A DNA stretch of 64,000 nt from an uncultured Candidatus Rokubacteria bacterium (GTDB lineage: Bacteria > Methylomirabilota > Methylomirabilia > Rokubacteriales > CSP1-6), in assembly GCA_963789955.1 (NCBI GenBank), contig CAWBMV010000037.1, positions 128,001-192,000 on the forward strand, given 5' to 3'. The first letter of the stretch is position 1. Each line of letters opens with the position of its first letter. Positions 39,827 to 49,481 of the stretch are shown here, in pieces. A program made the position numbers and the translations under genes. The notes under the pieces were generated by a model. It was not told the DNA's origin. It searched no databases and saw only the letters and a program-made list of their open reading frames with translations.

Positions 39827-40843
39827 ATGAAGATCGATATCTTCCCCCACGTCATGCCGCGCCGGTACTTTGACCGGATGCTGCAGGTGGCGCCGCCCGG
39901 GATGGCGCTCCAGAAGCGGATGTCGGGGATCCCGGTCCTGGTCGACGTCGAGCTGCGCCTGCGGATCATGGACCGCTACGAGGGCTACGTGCAGGTGCTG
40001 ACCCTGGCGAACCCTCCGATCGAGGTCGCCGGCGGCCCGGCCGTGAGCCCCGAGCTGGCTCAGCTGGCTAACGACGGGATGGCGGAGATCGTCGCCAAAT
40101 ACCCCGAGCGCTTTCCCGGGTTCGTCGCCTCGCTACCGATGAACAATCCCGACGCCGCGGTCCGCGAGATCGACCGCGCGATCGACCACCTGCACGCGAC
40201 CGGTGTCCAGATCTACACGAACGTCGCGGGGCGGGCGCTCGACGCGCCGGAGTATCGTCCGATCTTCGATCGAATGGCCCAGCGCGATCTGCCGATCTGG
40301 ATGCATCCGGCGCGCCCGGCCGCCTTCGCCGACTACGCGGGCGAGGCGCGCTCGAAGTTCGACATGTGGTGGGCGTTCGGCTGGCCGTACGAGACGTCGG
40401 TCGCGATGGGGCGTCTGGTGTTCTCGGGTATCTTCGACCGCCACCCCGGGCTGAAGATCATCACGCATCACCTGGGCGCCATGGTCCCGTTCTGCGCCGG
40501 GCGCGTGGGTGGCGGCCTCGACCAGCTCGGGAGCCGCAGCGACGATGCCGAGGACGCTCAGGCGCTCGCGCGACTCCGCAAGCGCCCGATCGACTACTTC
40601 AAGATGTTCTACGGCGACACCGCGCTGTTCGGCGCCTGGCACGCGATGGAGTCCGGGCTCGCGTTCTTCGGCGCCGACCACGTGCTGTTCGGGACCGACA
40701 TGCCGTTCGACCCCGAGAAGGGCCCGGGATTCATCCGCGATACGATCGAGGCGATGACGCGCATGCGCGCCACTGAAGAAGAGAAGGCGCAGATCTACGA
40801 CGGCAACGCGCGCCGGCTACTCCGGCTGCGGTTCAAATCATAG
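39827..40843 (+). CDS. Amidohydrolase_2 (ACMSD/LigW-like) protein
   Basis: Motifs IDIFPH, WMHP, THHLG and FGTDMPF. Confidence 0.85.
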   Translation: MKIDIFPHVMPRRYFDRMLQVAPPGMALQKRMSGIPVLVDVELRLRIMDRYEGYVQVLTLANPPIEVAGGPAVSPELAQLANDGMAEIVAKYPERFPGFVASLPMNNPDAAVREIDRAIDHLHATGVQIYTNVAGRALDAPEYRPIFDRMAQRDLPIWMHPARPAAFADYAGEARSKFDMWWAFGWPYETSVAMGRLVFSGIFDRHPGLKIITHHLGAMVPFCAGRVGGGLDQLGSRSDDAEDAQALARLRKRPIDYFKMFYGDTALFGAWHAMESGLAFFGADHVLFGTDMPFDPEKGPGFIRDTIEAMTRMRATEEEKAQIYDGNARRLLRLRFKS

Positions 40844-40853
40844 GGAGACCACG

Positions 40854-42566
40854 ATGACCACCAAGCGAGCGAGCGTCGAAAGCACGGCCGATGCGTATCT
40901 CGAGCTCCTGGCCGCCCGCGGCGTCGAGTATTTCTTCGCCAACTCCGGGACCGATTTCGCACCGCTGATCGACGCCTACGCGCGGCGGCTGGCGCAGGGC
41001 CTGCCCGTGCCGCGGCCGATGACCATCCCGCACGAGGTGCCGGCGGTCGGCATGGCGCACGGCTACGCGCTGGTCACCGGTCGGCCTCAAGTGGTCATGG
41101 TTCACGTGATCGTCGGCGCCGGTAACGCCGTCGGGGGCATCATCAACGCCGCACGCTCGAACGTGCCGATCCTGTTCAGCGCCGGGCGCAACCCGCTCAC
41201 CGAGTCGGGCATGCACGGCAGCCGTAATCGCCCGATCCATTGGGCGCAGGAGTCCTTCGATCAGGCCGGGATGATCCGCGAATACGTGAAGTGGGATTAC
41301 GAGCTCAGGAACTTCTCCCAGCTCGAGACGGTCGTCGACCGCGCGCTGGCGGTCTCGCAGGCCGAGCCGCAGGGGCCGGTCTATCTGACCTTGCCGCGCG
41401 AAGTGCTCGCCGAGAAGCACGAGGTGTTCGAATATTCGGCGGCGAGTCGCGCCCCGAAGCCGGGCGCCGTCGTCGCGGCGCCAGAGACCATCGCCGAGAC
41501 AGCCCGGCTGCTGGTCGAGGCGCGCAACCCGATCATCCTCACGAAGGCCGCCGGCCGCGATCCGCTCGCCGTGCCGGCGTTGGTGAAGCTCGCCGAGGCG
41601 CTCGGCGCGCCCGTGATCGACCAGTTCCACACCTACATGAACTTCCCCCAGGATCACCCGCTGCACGCGGGCTTCGACGCGGCGCCGTACCTCGACGACG
41701 CCGACTGCATCGTGGCCGTCGAGTCCGACGTGCTGTGGTTCCCGGCGATCAAGGCACCGCGTCCCGAGACGAAGATCGTCCAGATCGCGGTGGACCCGCT
41801 CTACGCGCGCTATCCGATCAGGGGATTCCCGGCCGACGCGGCCCTGTCCGGCACGGTCAGCCTGAACCTGGCGGCGCTCGCGGACGCCGTGCGCCAGCGC
41901 GCCGACGGCCGCGCCGTGGCCGAGCGCGCGCAGCGCTGGCACGCCGAGCACCGGCGGCTGCGCGAGGCGTGGGCGGCCACCGCGAAGAAAGCCCAGAGCG
42001 AGAACCCGCTCGAGATGGTCTGGGTGTCGAAGTGCATCGGCGACCTCGTGGACGAGAACACGATCCTGGTCGACGAGTACGACTTCGACCCGACGCAGGG
42101 CTGCTTCCGTACGCCGCGGAGCTACTTCGGCTCCTCGCCGGCCGGCGGCCTCGGCTGGGGCATGGGCGCCGCGCTCGGCGCCAAGCTCGCGGCGCCGGAC
42201 AAGACCGTCATCTGCTGCGTCGGCGACGGTGCGTACATCTTCAGCGCGCCGACCGCAGCGCACTTCGTCGCGCGCGCCTACAACCTGCCCGTGCTGTTCG
42301 TCATCTTCAACAACCGCGCGTGGAACGCGGTCAAGCGCGCGGTTCACAGCCACGCGCCCGATGGCCTCGCCGCCACGACCAGACAGATGCCGCTCTCGGA
42401 CCTCGAGCCGGCGCCGGACTACGAGCTGATCTGCCGGGCCTCCGGCGGCCACGCCGAGAAGGTCGAGGACCCGGCGGCGCTGCCCGACGCGCTGGCGCGC
42501 GCGCTCAAGGTCGTCCGCGACGAGAAGCGCCAGGCGCTCCTGAATGTGATCTGCAAGAAACCGTAG
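40854..42566 (+). CDS. Thiamine-pyrophosphate-requiring enzyme
   Basis: Motifs ANSGTD, PHE and GDG...NN. Confidence 0.85.
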   Translation: MTTKRASVESTADAYLELLAARGVEYFFANSGTDFAPLIDAYARRLAQGLPVPRPMTIPHEVPAVGMAHGYALVTGRPQVVMVHVIVGAGNAVGGIINAARSNVPILFSAGRNPLTESGMHGSRNRPIHWAQESFDQAGMIREYVKWDYELRNFSQLETVVDRALAVSQAEPQGPVYLTLPREVLAEKHEVFEYSAASRAPKPGAVVAAPETIAETARLLVEARNPIILTKAAGRDPLAVPALVKLAEALGAPVIDQFHTYMNFPQDHPLHAGFDAAPYLDDADCIVAVESDVLWFPAIKAPRPETKIVQIAVDPLYARYPIRGFPADAALSGTVSLNLAALADAVRQRADGRAVAERAQRWHAEHRRLREAWAATAKKAQSENPLEMVWVSKCIGDLVDENTILVDEYDFDPTQGCFRTPRSYFGSSPAGGLGWGMGAALGAKLAAPDKTVICCVGDGAYIFSAPTAAHFVARAYNLPVLFVIFNNRAWNAVKRAVHSHAPDGLAATTRQMPLSDLEPAPDYELICRASGGHAEKVEDPAALPDALARALKVVRDEKRQALLNVICKKP

Positions 42567-42579
42567 GTACAATGAGCTG

Positions 42580-42903
42580 GTGAGGACGCGCCGGATTATT
42601 CTGCTCCTGACCGCGTGGCTGTCGTTCGACCTCGCCACGCCCCTGCCCGGCGCCTTCGAGTTCGAGATCCAGGACTCCGAGATCGAGCACTCCGTCCAGG
42701 CCGGGCGCGAAACTCACGCCAAGCGCGCGACCGCCTCGGCCCGGTCGACCGCGCGCGAGCGCGTCGAGCCTGACCGACCGGCGCGGCCGTCCGCCGTGCC
42801 CGCGTCGTTGATCGGCTCGGCCGCCGTCGACCTCTGGGTCAGGCAGGTCAGGCTCGCGCATCGACCGTCCGCCAGTCGCGCCTCGTCTCCCGAAGATCAC
42901 TAG
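42580..42903 (+). CDS. Hypothetical protein with an N-terminal signal/TM segment
   Basis: Begins MRTRRIILLLTAWL. TACAAT lies 6 nt upstream of the GTG. Confidence 0.55.
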   Translation: MRTRRIILLLTAWLSFDLATPLPGAFEFEIQDSEIEHSVQAGRETHAKRATASARSTARERVEPDRPARPSAVPASLIGSAAVDLWVRQVRLAHRPSASRASSPEDH

Positions 42904-43015
42904 CTCCGTCGTCCCGCTCGTCTCCTGACTCACGCCGCTTTCGGGCGGCGGGGCCCCAGCCCCGCGACGGCCCGCGGCGCGCACTTCGCACGTTTTTTAC
43001 CCGGGGAGACACGAG

Positions 43016-43111
43016 ATGACAGTCAATCGCATCGAGGGCCTGGCGATCGCCGTCATGCTGATCGTGGTGGGGCGCCTGCTGGTCGCGCTGCTCAAGGCGT
43101 TGGTGGAGTAA
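43016..43111 (+). CDS. 31-aa single-TM small protein
   Basis: MTVNRIEGLAIAVMLIVVGRLLVALLKALVE* with a GGGGAG RBS. The stop is 3 nt before terC. Confidence 0.5.
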   Translation: MTVNRIEGLAIAVMLIVVGRLLVALLKALVE

Positions 43112-43114
43112 CGT

Positions 43115-43807
43115 ATGATCTTTTTGATGGACCCGGAATTCTGGGCGAGGGTGCTCGGCATCATCATCATCGATCTCACGCTCGCCGGCGACAACGCGCT
43201 CGTCATCGCCCTCGCCGTCAGAAACCTGCCCAAGCGTCAGCAGTTCTTGGGCCGGATCTGGGGCACCGCCGGCGCCGTCGGCCTGCGGCTGGCGTTCATC
43301 GCGATCGCCACGCAGTTGCTGCGGATTCCGTTCCTCCAGCTCGTCGGCGGCCTGCTGCTCCTCTGGATCGCATTCAAGCTCGTGCGTCACGAGACGGGCC
43401 CCGAAGGACACGTCCGTGAGGGCGGATCGCTTCGCGAAGCCATCTGGATCATCATCGTTGCCGACGCCATCATGAGCCTCGACAACGTGCTCGCCGTCGC
43501 CGCCGCGGCCGACGGCGACATGAAGCTGGTCGTCTTCGGCATCGCGCTGTCGATCCCGATCGTCGTCTGGGGCAGCGGGATCCTCGCCACCCTGATGAAT
43601 CGATTCATCTGGATCATCTGGATCGGCGGCGGCATCCTTGGCTACGTCGCGGGCGCGATGATCATGAAGGACAAAGGGTTCGGCTGGATCGACCACTCGT
43701 CGCCGGTCGTGCAGTGGCTGCCGGTAGTGCCGGCCGTGATCATCTTCGTCCTGGGCTGGTGGTTCAACTCTCAGAACGGCAGAAAGAAGGTGCCGGGCCA
43801 CGCCTGA
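43115..43807 (+). CDS. TerC/YjbE family membrane protein
   Basis: Motifs IDLTLAGDNALVIA and ADAIMSLDNVLA. Confidence 0.9.
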   Translation: MIFLMDPEFWARVLGIIIIDLTLAGDNALVIALAVRNLPKRQQFLGRIWGTAGAVGLRLAFIAIATQLLRIPFLQLVGGLLLLWIAFKLVRHETGPEGHVREGGSLREAIWIIIVADAIMSLDNVLAVAAAADGDMKLVVFGIALSIPIVVWGSGILATLMNRFIWIIWIGGGILGYVAGAMIMKDKGFGWIDHSSPVVQWLPVVPAVIIFVLGWWFNSQNGRKKVPGHA

Positions 43808-43826
43808 TTCAGTATCCTAGGCGCCT

Positions 43827-45182
43827 ATGGCGCAAGACCTCCGCAGCTATCTCGATCTCGTCAAGCGGCGCAAGCCCGGCGATTTCGAGATCGTCTCGAA
43901 GCCCGTCGACCCGCGCTTCGAGATCACGGCGCTCGTCGTCAAGCTCGAGCGCGAGGGCAAGCGCCGGCCGGTCATCCTCTTCGAGAACGTCAAGGGCACG
44001 CGCTTCCCCGTCCTGACCAATCTGCACGCCAGCCGCCCGCGCCTGGCCGCCGCGATGAACGCGGCGCCCGAGGCGACGCAGGCGACCTACCTGCGCGCGA
44101 TGGACAAGCCGCTTATCCCGAAGGTCGTGCCGAGCGGCCCCGTGCACGAGGTGGTGCTCGAAGGGGATCAGGTCAACCTCTACGATCTGCCCCAGATCGT
44201 CCATCACGAGGGCGACGCCGGCCCGTACGTCACGGCGGCGATCTCGTTCGCGAAAGACCCGACGCGCGAGATCTGGAACTGCGCCTACAACCGCCTGCAG
44301 ATCAAGAGCCGCAACACGACGTCGATTCACCTGACGACGGGCAAGCACCTGTGGGAGTTCCAGCGGATCGCCGAGGCGCGCGACGAGCCCCTGCCGCTGG
44401 CACTCGTGATCGGCGTCCATCCGGCGATCGCGCTCGGCGCCCTCGCGATCGGCTCGATCGACGAGGACGAGCGCGGCATCATGGGCGGGCTCCTCGGTGA
44501 GCCGCTCGAGCTCGTGAAGTGCCGCACCTCCGACGTGCTGGTGCCGGCGCACGCCGAGCTCGTGCTCGAGTGCGAGATCCTGCCGCGCCAGCGCACACCC
44601 GAAGGGCCGTTCGGCGAGTTCACCGGCTACAGCCTGGGCGAGCGCCAGCGGGAGATCGTCAACGTGAAGGCGATCACGCACCGGCGGGACGCGATCTTCC
44701 AGGACATCACGGTCGCCCATCTGGATCACATGCTCCTGTCGACGATCCCGATGGAGGCGAACCTGTTCCGCGCGGTGCGCGCGATGGTGCCGTCGGTCAA
44801 GGCGGTCCGCGTCCCCGGGCCGTTCACCTGCTTCGTCTCGATCGAGCAGCGCATTCCCGGCCAGGCGAAGAACGCGATCCTCGCGGCGCTCGGCGCCGAT
44901 CTCTACATGAAGCGCATCGTGGTGGTCGACGAGGATGTGGACGTGTTCGACGACCGCCAGGTGAACTGGGCGATCGCGACGCGCTGCCAGCCCGACCGCG
45001 ACATCACGATCATCACCAACGCGCGCGGCTCCGATCTCGATCCGTCGGCCCGCGATGACGGCCACACCGCGAAGTGGGGCGTGGACGCCACGGCCAAGCC
45101 CTCGCTCGCGTCGTACACGCCGCGTCACCGCGTGCCGCCCGACGTCTGGAAGCGGATCGACCTCAAAGACTTCTTCGCCTGA
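43827..45182 (+). CDS. UbiD family (de)carboxylase
   Basis: Motifs EGPFGEFTGY, VVVDEDVD and DLDPS. Confidence 0.9.
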   Translation: MAQDLRSYLDLVKRRKPGDFEIVSKPVDPRFEITALVVKLEREGKRRPVILFENVKGTRFPVLTNLHASRPRLAAAMNAAPEATQATYLRAMDKPLIPKVVPSGPVHEVVLEGDQVNLYDLPQIVHHEGDAGPYVTAAISFAKDPTREIWNCAYNRLQIKSRNTTSIHLTTGKHLWEFQRIAEARDEPLPLALVIGVHPAIALGALAIGSIDEDERGIMGGLLGEPLELVKCRTSDVLVPAHAELVLECEILPRQRTPEGPFGEFTGYSLGERQREIVNVKAITHRRDAIFQDITVAHLDHMLLSTIPMEANLFRAVRAMVPSVKAVRVPGPFTCFVSIEQRIPGQAKNAILAALGADLYMKRIVVVDEDVDVFDDRQVNWAIATRCQPDRDITIITNARGSDLDPSARDDGHTAKWGVDATAKPSLASYTPRHRVPPDVWKRIDLKDFFA

Positions 45183-45190
45183 ACCGCTCC

Positions 45191-46579
45191 GTGGCGGAGA
45201 ACTTCGCCCGGCGCCTCGAAGTCACCGCGCGCCACACGCCTGAAAAACTCGCGCTCGTCTGGGACGACGGGGCGCTCACGTTCGGCGAGCTCGACCGGCG
45301 GGCGAGCGAATTCGCCGAGAACCTCGCCGCCGGCGGCGTGAAGGCCGGCGACAGCGTCGCGCTTTCGATCGGAAACCATTGGGCCTTCGCCGTCGCGCTC
45401 ATCGCGGGCTGGAAGCTCGGCGCGACGGTGGCGCCGCTCGACAAGCTTCTGAAGGAAGAGGAGCGCGCGGAGATCCTTGACGACCTCGCGCCAGCCCTGT
45501 TCATCGACGAGGCGGACGTCCCGGTCCTCCGGCCTCGTGCGGCCGCCAGGCCGGCGGCCACGGGAGCCGCGTCCGGCGCGGCGCTGATTCTCTACACGTC
45601 CGGCAGCACCGGGCGCCCGAAGGGCGCGGTGCTTTCCCACACGGCGCTCGAGCTGGCGATCGAGTCGTGGGCGGGACCGGTCATGGCACTGGTGGCCGCA
45701 GATGTCGTGCTGGCGACGCTCCCGCTCGCGCACTCGTTCGGTCTCAACGGCGCGTTGCTCGCTCCCCTGCTCGTCGGCGCCACCGTCGTGCTGGCAGACA
45801 GGTTCGCGCCCGATCGGGTGGTCGAGGCGATCCGTCGCCATCGCGTGACCGTCTTTCCCGGGGTCGCGACGATGTTTCGCCGACTCCTGGACACAACGGA
45901 GCTCGCGTCCGCCGATCTCAGCTCTGTTCGCATCGCGGTCTCCGGCGCGGCCCCCTGTCCGTGGGAGCTCGCCGAGCGCTGGCGCGGCCGGACGGGAATC
46001 CGGATCGTACGCGGCTACGGGATGACCGAGCTCTTTCGGCCGATCTCCTATCAGGCGGCGAGCCCGACCGAGTCACCTGACTCGATCGGCTGGCCGGTAC
46101 CCGGCGTCGAGATTCGAATCGTCGACGACGAGCTCTGGATCAAGAGCCCGTCGGCGATGGACGCCTACATCAATGCGCCCGACGATACGCGCGACGTGCT
46201 GGTGGATGGCTGGTTCCGTACCGGCGATCTGGCGACGGTCAGCGCCGACGGCTTGGTCACCATCGTCGGCCGCAAGCGCGAGCGCATCCTCCGCGGCGGC
46301 TATTCGGTGTTCCCTCCGGAGGTCGAGGCGGTGCTTCTCACGCACCCGGCGGTGGCCGAAGCCGCCGTCCTCGGCATGCCCCACCCAGAGCTCGGCGAAG
46401 ACGTCGCCGCCTTCGTCGCGCTTCGTCCTCACCAGGTGGCCACCGCCGATGAGCTGATCGCCCACTGTCGCGATCGGCTGGCGGCGTTCAAGTACCCGAG
46501 ACGGCTCATCATGCTCGACGCGCTGCCGAAGTCGCCGACCGGCAAAGTCTTGAAGTCCAAGCTCACGTCCCGGCTGTAG
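45191..46579 (+). CDS. Long-chain acyl-CoA ligase-like AMP-binding enzyme
   Basis: Motifs YTSGSTGRPKG, GYGMTE and LPKSPTGK. Confidence 0.85.
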   Translation: MAENFARRLEVTARHTPEKLALVWDDGALTFGELDRRASEFAENLAAGGVKAGDSVALSIGNHWAFAVALIAGWKLGATVAPLDKLLKEEERAEILDDLAPALFIDEADVPVLRPRAAARPAATGAASGAALILYTSGSTGRPKGAVLSHTALELAIESWAGPVMALVAADVVLATLPLAHSFGLNGALLAPLLVGATVVLADRFAPDRVVEAIRRHRVTVFPGVATMFRRLLDTTELASADLSSVRIAVSGAAPCPWELAERWRGRTGIRIVRGYGMTELFRPISYQAASPTESPDSIGWPVPGVEIRIVDDELWIKSPSAMDAYINAPDDTRDVLVDGWFRTGDLATVSADGLVTIVGRKRERILRGGYSVFPPEVEAVLLTHPAVAEAAVLGMPHPELGEDVAAFVALRPHQVATADELIAHCRDRLAAFKYPRRLIMLDALPKSPTGKVLKSKLTSRL

Positions 46580-46582
46580 GTT

Positions 46583-47026
46583 ATGCGGAGCCCCTTGCGC
46601 CCAGTGCCCGCCGCCGTCGAGCGCTGGATCTTCGCGGCGCGCGCGCTGCGCTGGCTCGACACTCTCGCCGCGTGGCTCGCCCTCTGGGTCGTCGCGGCGA
46701 TGGCTTTCCCGGAGGTGGCGCGCTCGCGGCTGGCGGTCGCGGCCGCCCTCGTCGTCGGGGTCGGGGCGCTCATTCGTCCGCTTCGGACGCGCTGGCGTCC
46801 GGCGAGCGGAACCGTCGCGCTCGTCCTGAGCGCGCGGCTCTCCGCAGGCGATCACGCGTGGTACGTGCGACCTGGCCGCGCCGAGCGCGTCCTGATCACG
46901 GCACGCCGCCGGACACGCATCGTGATCGTGCGCCTCAACGACGAGGGCGCCGAAGGGCTCAGCGTGCGCCGCACGCGAGTCCTGCTCGTGCCGGCCGACG
47001 AGCCGGCTTCGCATCCTCCCGGCTAG
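46583..47026 (+). CDS. Hypothetical membrane protein
   Basis: Two hydrophobic segments; starts 3 nt after the upstream stop. Confidence 0.55.
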   Translation: MRSPLRPVPAAVERWIFAARALRWLDTLAAWLALWVVAAMAFPEVARSRLAVAAALVVGVGALIRPLRTRWRPASGTVALVLSARLSAGDHAWYVRPGRAERVLITARRRTRIVIVRLNDEGAEGLSVRRTRVLLVPADEPASHPPG

Positions 47027-47048
47027 GCCGACCGCGAGCGACCGATCA

Positions 47049-47873
47049 TCAGTTTCGCTCGGCCAGGGTCTGACGAACTCGCCGCAGCTCTTCCTTGAAC
47101 GCCGCGGCGTCGCGGGCTTGAGGATATCGCGTCAGGTAGCGCTCCCATTCCGAGGCGCCCCGGTGCAGCTCACCGAGCTTGACGAGAACGGTGCCGCGAT
47201 CGCGCACGTGCATCGGCGCGTCGGTTTCGACGAGGAGCAGACGGTCGATGACGGCGAGCGCCTTCGCCCAGTCCTCGCGGCGCGCGTAGATACTCTGGAG
47301 GTTCCGGAGCATGCGCACGACGATCTGGGCTTTCGTCGCCGGGACGAAGTGCGCGTCGGTGAGCTCGACCTGGCGCCCCACGGCGCGCGAGGCGATCGCC
47401 TCGGCCTCGTCGCGCTCGAGCCGCCGGCCGCCGCCGAACGGGTCCAGTAGCACCAGCTCGTCGCCGACGCGAGCCCCCACACAGAAATGACCGGGCAGGC
47501 CGATCCCCTGGATCTCCAGGCCCACCCGACGGCCGACCTCCATGATCAGGACCGAGAGGGTGATCGGGATACCGAGCTGGCGATCGAGGACATCGTTGAG
47601 GCAGCTGTTGCGCGGGTCGTAGTAGTCGTCGGCGTTACCGCGGAAGCCGGCTTCGTCGAACAGGAAGTCACGCAATCGCTCGAGCGCGCGGCGGCGATCG
47701 CCGAGCTTCGCCGCGGCGGAGCGGGCCGCGAGCTCGTCGAGCCTCGTGAGCGAGTGCTCCGGCACCAGGTCGGGATACTCGATCCGCGCCACCGCGAGCG
47801 CGGCGCCGCCGAGATCGATCTCGGAGCCACTCACGAGGTCCCGGAAGTCGTGGAGCGCGCGGTCGACGTCCAC
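47049..47873 (-). CDS. SirB1/YchA-family (transglutaminase-like + TPR) protein
   Basis: Motifs GFRGN..DYYDPRNS, GIPITLS, PGHF and RDRG. Confidence 0.88.
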   Translation of the reverse strand: MDVDRALHDFRDLVSGSEIDLGGAALAVARIEYPDLVPEHSLTRLDELAARSAAAKLGDRRRALERLRDFLFDEAGFRGNADDYYDPRNSCLNDVLDRQLGIPITLSVLIMEVGRRVGLEIQGIGLPGHFCVGARVGDELVLLDPFGGGRRLERDEAEAIASRAVGRQVELTDAHFVPATKAQIVVRMLRNLQSIYARREDWAKALAVIDRLLLVETDAPMHVRDRGTVLVKLGELHRGASEWERYLTRYPQARDAAAFKEELRRVRQTLAERN

Positions 47874-47880
47874 AGCTCTC

Positions 47881-48540
47881 TTAGCAGCCCGGGGCGTGGT
47901 GGATGCCCGCGGTCGCCAGCGCCTTCTTCTGCAGCTCGTCGGCGAGCTCCAGGGTCCGGCGGGCCGCACGGGACGCCGCCGCCTGAGCGTCCGGCGTGGT
48001 CGCGAGCCGGAGCAAGAGCGTCCGCCCGAGCTCGTGGTGATAGCGCTCGTCGGGCTCGATCACGTCGCGATACATCGCGGCCGTCTCGCGATCACCCGCG
48101 TGGTCGCAGAACTCGATGAACTGCCGGTTCTTCACGACCGCGATCGCCTCGCGGGTGAACTGGCCGGCCGCGATCCGCTCGACCGTCGACGTGAGCGTAT
48201 CGAGGTACTGAAAGAGAGGGCCGTAGCCCTTCGCCAGCGGATCGAACGATTTCGCATCGAACCCGAGCGCGCGCAGCCGCTCGGCGATCATCCGGTAGTG
48301 CTTCGCCTCGTCGCCGACCTGCCGGGCGAGCGCCAGCTTCACGTCGACGTCGTCGGTGGTGACGAGCCAGCGCGCCGCGATCTCGGTGGCCTCGATCTCG
48401 TTCCGGAGCGCCACCTTGAGGAGATTGAGCACGTTGAGGTCGCCCTCGACTTCGGGCTTCAGGGTGTCGGCGGGCGCCAGCAGGCTGAGGCGCTTCTGGT
48501 TCTCGCCGTCGAGCTGGGCGACGAACTCCTGGGCAGTCAT
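47881..48540 (-). CDS. Ferritin-like diiron protein
   Basis: Paired ExxH motifs: NEIEA...DEAKHY and E...DERYHH. Confidence 0.78.
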   Translation of the reverse strand: MTAQEFVAQLDGENQKRLSLLAPADTLKPEVEGDLNVLNLLKVALRNEIEATEIAARWLVTTDDVDVKLALARQVGDEAKHYRMIAERLRALGFDAKSFDPLAKGYGPLFQYLDTLTSTVERIAAGQFTREAIAVVKNRQFIEFCDHAGDRETAAMYRDVIEPDERYHHELGRTLLLRLATTPDAQAAASRAARRTLELADELQKKALATAGIHHAPGC

Positions 48541-48920
48541 GCGGTCACTCCTTCTTTCAGCAAGCGCGGCAGGTCCTGGGTCAGCGTCTCTTTCGTCACG
48601 ACGCGATCGCAGCGCGAGTGCCAGGGCTGAGTCTGCCGCCCCAGCGCGTGGGTCGTGTAGCCGAGCACGGGCGGGCGGGCGCCGGCGAGCGCGGTGAAAA
48701 TCCGCTCGTAGTCGTAGCCGGCGGTCAGGTCGATCAGCACGAGCCGCGGCGCGTGCGCCAGTGAGGCCTCGATCTGCTCGGGAGTTCGCGCGAACTCGAC
48801 CCGCACGCCAGCGAGCCGGCCGGTTTCCCGGATGCGCGCCACGAAGAAAAGGTCGGTGACGACGGCGAGGACCGGCGCCTCACCATCCCCGGCCTGGCCG
48901 GGATCAGTCGTCTTGTTCAC
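48537..48920 (-). CDS. Atypical single-domain receiver (CheY-like) protein
   Basis: Motifs VLAVVTDLFF, LVLIDL and PVLGYTTH. Confidence 0.6.
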   Translation of the reverse strand: MNKTTDPGQAGDGEAPVLAVVTDLFFVARIRETGRLAGVRVEFARTPEQIEASLAHAPRLVLIDLTAGYDYERIFTALAGARPPVLGYTTHALGRQTQPWHSRCDRVVTKETLTQDLPRLLKEGVTA

Positions 48921-49452
48921 GGATGCCGAGCCAGTGCTTGTTCCACTCGGCGACGTAGGAAAGGGTGGCGAGGTTGCGCATGCGGTCGAGGTAGACCATC
49001 CCGTTCAGATGATCGGTCTCGTGCTGGCACACACGTGCGAAGAAGTCCTTCGCGATGACGTCGACCGTCTGGCCCTCTCGGTCGAGGCACTGCAGGCGCA
49101 CCGAGGTGTAGCGAGGAACCATTCCGCGCATGTCGGGGACCGACAGACAACCTTCCCAGCCCTCTTCCATCTCGTCGGTGAGCGGAGTCACGACCGGATT
49201 GACCAGGACCATCAGGGGCACCGCCGGCGCGTCCGGGTAGCGGGGGTTGCCGAGCACCTCGAGGACGGCGATCTGCTTGAGGGTGTGCACCTGGGTGGCC
49301 GCCAGCCCCGCGCCGTCGTACTCGCGCATCGTCTCGATCATGTCGTCGATGAGGCGCTGCACCGCCGACGTGCGGAGCGACGCGGGATCGACGCGCTCGG
49401 CGACTTTCCGAAGCACCGGATGGCCGAGCCGCGCGACTTTCAGAATCGCCAT
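48904..49452 (-). CDS. def: Peptide deformylase
   Basis: Motifs GAGLAATQ, EGCLS and QHETDHLNG. Confidence 0.95.
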   Translation of the reverse strand: MAILKVARLGHPVLRKVAERVDPASLRTSAVQRLIDDMIETMREYDGAGLAATQVHTLKQIAVLEVLGNPRYPDAPAVPLMVLVNPVVTPLTDEMEEGWEGCLSVPDMRGMVPRYTSVRLQCLDREGQTVDVIAKDFFARVCQHETDHLNGMVYLDRMRNLATLSYVAEWNKHWLGIREQDD

Positions 49453-49481
49453 AGTCCGTTTAATCCTACCATGGCCGGCGG

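Noticed and set aside
42904..43015. yybP-ykoY (Mn) riboswitch upstream of terC
   Set aside because: Only GGGGAG is present; the conserved GGGGAGUAG core and four-way junction are not recognisable.
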